From Bacillus subtilis subsp. subtilis str. 168 (GTDB taxonomy: Bacteria; Bacillota; Bacilli; Bacillales; Bacillaceae): DNA of 64,000 nucleotides. Location: assembly GCF_000009045.1 (NCBI RefSeq), contig NC_000964.3, forward strand, positions 868,001-932,000, written 5' to 3'. This document shows, in pieces, positions 58,778 to 64,000 of this stretch; the stretch's first letter is position 1; every line of letters begins with the position of its first letter. Below the pieces are notes generated by a model that was not told the origin of the DNA, searched no databases, and worked only from the letters and a program-made list of their open reading frames with translations. Made by a program: the position numbers and the translations under genes.

Positions 58778-58879
58778 GTTTGCAGCACATTTACACGAAT
58801 TCTTAAAGAAAAAATCATTGAATTCACTTGAAAAATCTTTTAAGATGAAACTCGTTGTTTTTTAAAATCAAAGGAGGCG

Positions 58880-60079
58880 ATGACGTTGAGTATCAAAAAC
58901 CCATCTGTAAAATTTATTATATTTGTTCTTATGATTTGTACATTTTCAATCGGCTATACAGAATACGCGGTGATGGGTATTTTGACGTCGATTGCCAATG
59001 ACTTTCATATACAGGTTTCATCCGCAGGGCTTCTTGTCACGGCTTATGCGGCAAGCGTTTGTTTGACAGGGCCGCTCGTCACCATCATTTCCGTCAAGCT
59101 TCCGAGAAAGCCTGTGCTTCTTGGGCTGATGGCGATATTTATCCTTTCCAACCTGATGAGCGCACTGGCGCCGAATTTTGCGGTATTGGCCATTTCAAGA
59201 ATTTTATCTGCGTCCATTCACGGCGCTTTCTTCGCGATTGCCATGGTATTCGCAAGTGAAATGGTTCCGCCGGAAAAGCGTGCTGCAGCTGCTGCTTCAA
59301 TGAACGGCGGACTGACAGTGGCTCTAATGCTTGGTGTTCCATTCGGCTCTTATCTCGGAGATGTCCTGAATTGGAGAGCGGTGTTTTCCATCATTACGGC
59401 ACTTGGTGTCATCGGATTTTTAGGCCTTATGGCTGCCGTGCCGAACAGAAAACCAAAAGTGATCCCAATGCTTATGAATGAGTGGGGTGTTTTTAAACAC
59501 AAACAAGTGCTGTTTTCCTTCGCGATTACCATTTTAGGCTATTCCGGTGTCTTTATCGCCTACACCTTTATCGAACCCATTTTGAGGCATTCAGCCGGAT
59601 TCAGCACGGTTGGCATTACAGGTGCTCTCTTTGCGTATGGATTGGGAGGCGTTGCCGGGAATTTCTTTGCTGGAAAGGTACCGCTGCCTTTGCTGACTCG
59701 GACGATGATCGGCGTAATGATCGGTTTAATCGGTGTTCTGGCTGTATTTCCTTACATCGCCATTTACCCGGCTGCAGCCATTGTGGCAACGTTCCTATTC
59801 GGGGCATGCGCATTCGGCACGCCGCCTCTTCTGCAAACAAAGGTCATTTCCTCATCTGAGGGCGGCACAACCATTGCCGCAGCTGTCAGCGTATCAGCAT
59901 TTAACCTTGCCAATGCCCTTGGTGCATGGATCGGCGGAATGATTTTAAACGGAACAGGCTCTTATTCCTGGCTGTTTGCAGGAGGTGCGCTTATGACCGC
60001 ATGCGGACTTGTGCTTTCTACCTTCGCACACTTATCAGAAAAGAAGAGCGTCTACGAATATCAAGTCAATAAAGGGTAA
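58880..60079 (+). CDS. yfhI: MFS transporter (AraJ/DHA1-like)
   Basis: TEYAVMGIL, GLLVTAYA, 12-TM pattern; start could be TTG at 58886. Confidence 0.9.
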   Translation: MTLSIKNPSVKFIIFVLMICTFSIGYTEYAVMGILTSIANDFHIQVSSAGLLVTAYAASVCLTGPLVTIISVKLPRKPVLLGLMAIFILSNLMSALAPNFAVLAISRILSASIHGAFFAIAMVFASEMVPPEKRAAAAASMNGGLTVALMLGVPFGSYLGDVLNWRAVFSIITALGVIGFLGLMAAVPNRKPKVIPMLMNEWGVFKHKQVLFSFAITILGYSGVFIAYTFIEPILRHSAGFSTVGITGALFAYGLGGVAGNFFAGKVPLPLLTRTMIGVMIGLIGVLAVFPYIAIYPAAAIVATFLFGACAFGTPPLLQTKVISSSEGGTTIAAAVSVSAFNLANALGAWIGGMILNGTGSYSWLFAGGALMTACGLVLSTFAHLSEKKSVYEYQVNKG

Positions 60080-60081
60080 AA

Positions 60082-60110
60082 AACAGCTGCAGTGTATGCA
60101 GCTGTTCTTC
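60082..60110. terminator. Bidirectional terminator yfhI/sspK
   Basis: AACAGCTGCA/TGCAGCTGTT stem. Confidence 0.75.
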
Positions 60111-60111
60111 T

Positions 60112-60264
60112 TTACCGTTTGCCTGAGGCTCTCATTCTTTCTTGAGGATGCTGATTGATAGATCCGTCAGCACGCTTTGAAGCATAGTCGTCCTTTGCTC
60201 TCGGTTCACCCTGAAATTTGTTTTCGTTTTCGTAAGGAAATCCTTTTTCTTTATTTCGGACCAT
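60112..60264 (-). CDS. sspK: Small acid-soluble spore protein K
   Basis: 50 aa [10 protein letters not shown]...[19 protein letters not shown]; RBS GGGGGA. Confidence 0.92.
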
Positions 60265-60388
60265 GTCATATCCCCCTAGGTTCGAGATCAAAAAGTTGCG
60301 TCTTTTCAGATGAAGACGTAAGGTTAGTATATGGAGAACACCACGTAATAAAGCGTTATTTTTTTCCTGAAGAAAGGAGACTGCACAC

Positions 60389-60658
60389 ATGAATATGTAC
60401 ATTGAGAAACTGACTAATCTGCTTCTGGAAAAGAACGAGATGATCAGCTATATACAGGCAAAAACGTGGGTGGAATTGTTATGGAGCGATTTCGAAGCAA
60501 CCTACGCAAAAGCCGGACACGCCTATCAAGGTGAAAAAATGACTGAAAAAATCGTCACACAATGGATTGAAAACTATGGCGGCCAGCTCCACCTTTTTCA
60601 AAGCTCCCGTAACGACGTGAATGATTACTTAAATCAAAGCAGAGGCCTTTTGCATTAA
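60389..60658 (+). CDS. yfhJ: YfhJ-family hypothetical protein
   Basis: 89 aa, ARTWVE-like [20 protein letters not shown]; RBS AAGGAG. Confidence 0.85.
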
Positions 60659-60689
60659 AAACCTGCCGTTAACGACCGGCAGGTTTTTT
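60657..60689 (+). terminator. Terminator after yfhJ
   Basis: AAAAACCTGCCG/CGGCAGGTTTTT stem. Confidence 0.85.
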
Positions 60690-60736
60690 CATTTTCTTAA
60701 AATTACCTTAACAGGAAGAAATCATAAACAAAACAT

Positions 60737-60763
60737 GTTTCACCAGCCTGTCAATCAGGGAAT
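60737..60763 (+). promoter_or_regulatory. SigB-type promoter of yfhK
   Basis: GTTTCA-N15-GGGAAT. Confidence 0.6.
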
Positions 60764-60802
60764 ACCACTTATATCTTGTCAAAATGCGAGGAGGAGCTTT
60801 AT

Positions 60803-61321
60803 ATGAAAAAGAAACAAGTAATGCTCGCTTTAACAGCTGCCGCAGGACTGGGTTTGACAGCACTTCATTCCGCTCCCGCAGCAAAAGCTGCGCCCCTTCA
60901 CGACATATCTGTCAGCATGCCATCATCCGATACTTACATCATAAAAGCAGGAAAGCTGAATGTCCGGACTGAGCCAAATCATGAAGGTGATATTCTCGGC
61001 ACTGTATCATCAGAACAAAAGGTAAAAGTCGATAGGTTCGTAAATGCCGATTGGGCTCAAATTCATTTCAAAGGAAAGAAAGCATATATTTCAACTCACT
61101 TTTTAATGAAAACCGCAAGCCAAGCGAAAACAACGAAACAGACAGCCTTCTATACACCGACGCCCGAAAACGGAAAAGCTAAGCAGCTCTCATCTGGAAC
61201 AGAGGTGACAATACTTGGGTGGGGATTCAGTGAAAACGGCGGATTTGACTTCACTTGGGCGTTCGTGGATTATGGCGGAGTTAAAGGCTATATTCACACA
61301 AAGGATTTACAAATGCGATAA
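60803..61321 (+). CDS. yfhK: Secreted protein with two bacterial SH3 domains
   Basis: Signal peptide; LNVRTEP..GKKAYISTHFL and GGVKGYIHTKDL SH3b repeats. Confidence 0.88.
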   Translation: MKKKQVMLALTAAAGLGLTALHSAPAAKAAPLHDISVSMPSSDTYIIKAGKLNVRTEPNHEGDILGTVSSEQKVKVDRFVNADWAQIHFKGKKAYISTHFLMKTASQAKTTKQTAFYTPTPENGKAKQLSSGTEVTILGWGFSENGGFDFTWAFVDYGGVKGYIHTKDLQMR

Positions 61322-61356
61322 AAAGGCAGGCCGAGGCTTGTCTTTTTGCCTATGCA

Positions 61357-61383
61357 TGAAACATTTCTTCTTTCTGCACGTAA
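61357..61383 (+). promoter_or_regulatory. SigW promoter of yfhLM
   Basis: TGAAAC-N16-CGTAA consensus. Confidence 0.85.
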
Positions 61384-61405
61384 CAATGAGAAAGGAGATG
61401 ATGAT

Positions 61406-61738
61406 ATGACGGGTTTAGTCGGCGGAGGGCTTATGATCATTGCGGGCATACTGATCAAACTGTTTCCTCCCAAATCGATCAACAGTGTGTACGGATACAG
61501 AACGAGACGCTCAATGTCAGATCAAAGATTATGGAATGAAGCGAACCGTTACAGTGCATCATTAATGATCCTGTCAGGCTTGGTGATTGCGGGAATGGGT
61601 TTGCTGCTGGGATCAAACTTGTTTATTCTTCAGCTTATCCTGCTGATTGCCGCCTGTGTCATAACATTTATGCTAACGGAGAAAAGGCTGAAAATCATGA
61701 CGCACAGTCAAGGAGGAGATAGAAGTGGACGGAGTTAA
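61406..61738 (+). CDS. yfhL: SdpI/YhfL-family membrane immunity protein
   Basis: 110 aa; N.VYGYRT..SM.DQRLWNEAN motif, three TM helices. Confidence 0.9.
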   Translation: MTGLVGGGLMIIAGILIKLFPPKSINSVYGYRTRRSMSDQRLWNEANRYSASLMILSGLVIAGMGLLLGSNLFILQLILLIAACVITFMLTEKRLKIMTHSQGGDRSGRS

Positions 61739-62585
61739 ATGCCAGTTTGTCAATACGAACGGAATCACGCTTCACGTTGCAGCCGCAGGACGGGAAGATG
61801 GCCCGTTAATTGTCCTGCTCCATGGATTTCCTGAGTTTTGGTACGGCTGGAAAAATCAAATCAAACCGCTTGTTGATGCGGGTTACCGGGTCATTGCTCC
61901 TGATCAGCGGGGCTACAATCTCAGTGACAAACCGGAAGGAATTGATTCGTATCGGATTGATACATTAAGAGATGATATCATCGGGCTTATTACGCAATTC
62001 ACTGATGAAAAAGCAATTGTCATCGGTCATGACTGGGGAGGAGCTGTCGCATGGCATTTGGCTTCCACACGCCCGGAATATCTTGAAAAACTGATCGCGA
62101 TCAATATCCCGCACCCGCACGTCATGAAAACCGTAACGCCGCTTTATCCGCCGCAATGGCTGAAAAGCTCGTATATCGCATACTTCCAGCTGCCCGATAT
62201 ACCGGAGGCATCACTAAGGGAAAATGATTATGATACATTAGACAAAGCGATTGGATTATCCGACCGTCCCGCGCTTTTTACATCCGAGGATGTCAGCAGG
62301 TACAAAGAAGCGTGGAAGCAGCCGGGCGCGCTGACAGCTATGCTGAACTGGTACAGAGCCCTCAGAAAAGGAAGCTTGGCAGAGAAACCCTCTTACGAAA
62401 CAGTACCTTACCGAATGATCTGGGGAATGGAAGACCGCTTTTTGAGCAGAAAGCTTGCGAAAGAGACGGAAAGGCATTGCCCGAATGGACATCTCATCTT
62501 TGTTGATGAAGCTTCCCATTGGATTAACCACGAAAAGCCAGCCATCGTCAATCAGCTGATTTTGGAATATCTTAAGAACCAATAA
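61725..62585 (+). CDS. yfhM: Epoxide hydrolase-like alpha/beta hydrolase
   Basis: HGFPEFW, APDQRGY, GHDWGG, LNWYR, ASHW. Confidence 0.92.
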   Translation: MDGVKCQFVNTNGITLHVAAAGREDGPLIVLLHGFPEFWYGWKNQIKPLVDAGYRVIAPDQRGYNLSDKPEGIDSYRIDTLRDDIIGLITQFTDEKAIVIGHDWGGAVAWHLASTRPEYLEKLIAINIPHPHVMKTVTPLYPPQWLKSSYIAYFQLPDIPEASLRENDYDTLDKAIGLSDRPALFTSEDVSRYKEAWKQPGALTAMLNWYRALRKGSLAEKPSYETVPYRMIWGMEDRFLSRKLAKETERHCPNGHLIFVDEASHWINHEKPAIVNQLILEYLKNQ

Positions 62586-62703
62586 GCTAAAATTTCTCTC
62601 CATCCGTCTGTCATAATGGCAGACTTTTTCTGTGCGTTTTTTTTCATAGTCTGTTTTAAACATGACAAAATAACATTAAAAATCATGAATGTCACCATAA
62701 AAT

Positions 62704-62744
62704 TGTAACAAAAAACAGGTTTAAACGACTTTAAAAAAAGGAAT
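62704..62744 (+). promoter_or_regulatory. Overlapping SigX and SigB promoters of csbB
   Basis: TGTAAC(62704)-N16-CGAC(62726); GTTTAA(62719)-N14-AGGAAT(62739). Confidence 0.75.
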
Positions 62745-62817
62745 AGCCTTACTGAAGATTTGTGTAAAACTCCCCTAAGGCAATACTTAAAAAGAATAAT
62801 AAAAAGAAGGTGCCTTA

Positions 62818-63807
62818 ATGAAGCAAGGATTAATCTCGATTATTATCCCGTCTTACAATGAAGGGTATAATGTTAAACTCATTCATGAATCTTTAAAAAA
62901 GGAATTTAAAAACATTCATTATGACTATGAAATATTCTTCATAAACGACGGAAGTGTTGATGACACGCTTCAGCAGATCAAAGACTTGGCAGCGACGTGC
63001 AGCCGGGTAAAATATATATCTTTTTCTCGAAACTTTGGAAAAGAAGCCGCAATTTTGGCGGGCTTTGAGCATGTTCAGGGCGAGGCGGTTATTGTCATGG
63101 ATGCCGATCTGCAGCATCCGACATATTTGCTGAAGGAATTTATCAAAGGCTACGAAGAAGGGTATGACCAAGTCATTGCCCAAAGGAACAGAAAAGGGGA
63201 CAGCTTTGTCCGCTCACTCTTATCATCTATGTATTACAAGTTCATTAATAAAGCGGTGGAAGTCGATTTGCGTGACGGTGTCGGTGACTTCAGATTGTTA
63301 AGCCGCCAAGCTGTGAATGCACTTTTGAAGCTGAGCGAAGGAAACCGCTTCTCAAAAGGCCTTTTTTGCTGGATTGGCTTTGATCAGAAAATTGTATTTT
63401 ATGAAAATGTCGAACGAAAAAACGGCACCTCCAAATGGTCGTTCAGCAGTCTGTTTAACTACGGAATGGACGGCGTCGTTTCATTTAATCATAAGCCGCT
63501 GAGATTATGTTTTTATACAGGCATTTTCATCCTGCTGCTTTCCATCATTTATATCATTGCCACATTCGTTAAAATTCTGACTAACGGTATTTCTGTGCCT
63601 GGGTATTTCACCATTATCTCAGCAGTGTTATTTCTCGGCGGAGTACAGCTGTTAAGTCTTGGAATAATAGGTGAATATATCGGCCGAATCTATTATGAAA
63701 CAAAAAAACGCCCGCATTATTTGATCAAAGAGGCGAATATCCCGAACAAAGACCTGCCTGAAACGAACGAATTAAAAAGCATGCGGCGTCTGACAAAAAT
63801 GCACTGA
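62818..63807 (+). CDS. csbB: Undecaprenyl-phosphate glycosyltransferase GT2 (GtrB-like) for LTA glycosylation
   Basis: IIIPSYNE, INDGS, SRNFGKEAA, DADLQHP, two C-terminal TM helices. Confidence 0.95.
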   Translation: MKQGLISIIIPSYNEGYNVKLIHESLKKEFKNIHYDYEIFFINDGSVDDTLQQIKDLAATCSRVKYISFSRNFGKEAAILAGFEHVQGEAVIVMDADLQHPTYLLKEFIKGYEEGYDQVIAQRNRKGDSFVRSLLSSMYYKFINKAVEVDLRDGVGDFRLLSRQAVNALLKLSEGNRFSKGLFCWIGFDQKIVFYENVERKNGTSKWSFSSLFNYGMDGVVSFNHKPLRLCFYTGIFILLLSIIYIIATFVKILTNGISVPGYFTIISAVLFLGGVQLLSLGIIGEYIGRIYYETKKRPHYLIKEANIPNKDLPETNELKSMRRLTKMH

Positions 63808-63878
63808 AAATACCAAGCGCCATTGGCAGTGCTTTTTTTGCGTGTCTATTATCTTAAAAGCAAGACTGGAGAATTCAT

Positions 63879-64000
63879 ATGAAAAGAAAACATATCATGA
63901 TCTATGCGGCCAGTTTGCTGGTGTCCGTTCTGGCACACGCTTTTTTTGTGAAAGAATGGGCGGAAGGCAGGTATATGACAGGTCCGGGTGACGGGCTTGC
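63879..64000 (+). CDS. yfhO: GT-C LTA glycosyltransferase, 5' part only
   Basis: MKRKHIMIYAASLLVSVLAHAFFVKEWAEGRYMTGPGDGL..., RBS GGAG, open to the window end, follows csbB. Confidence 0.75.
   Translation, partial: MKRKHIMIYAASLLVSVLAHAFFVKEWAEGRYMTGPGDGL

Overview
This window is chromosomal DNA that I recognise from protein sequences and gene order as the Bacillus subtilis (168-like) yfkA to yfhO region. It is mostly core genome: pdaA, acoABCL-acoR, sspH/sspK, malARP (glv), catDE, lnrJKLMN, padR, lipB, bstA, mprF, the Fur-regulated yfiY/yfiZ-yfhA siderophore uptake genes, recX and csbB-yfhO. I found no tRNA, rRNA, CRISPR array, integrase or transposase. Four segments stand out. (1) yfjA-yfjE (18223-21686, minus strand) has the architecture of a type VIIb secretion toxin/immunity module: a WXG100 protein, a WXG/LXG-like protein with a glycine-zipper and amphipathic C-terminus, an unknown soluble protein, and two tandem paralogous membrane proteins sharing identical 38-bp and 34-bp DNA blocks. 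(2) An AT-rich islet of about 2.6 kb follows the 3' end of the RlmD-family gene yfjO. It is bracketed by degenerate direct repeats and carries yfzA, decayed ORFs and a dihydrouridine synthase. (3) yfiFGHI looks like an orphan sugar/cyclitol catabolic operon. (4) The bacillithiol transferase gene bstA is sandwiched between two regulator/MFS efflux pairs with visible candidate operators. Gene names come from recognition, not a database search. Start sites were refined by eye from ribosome-binding sites.
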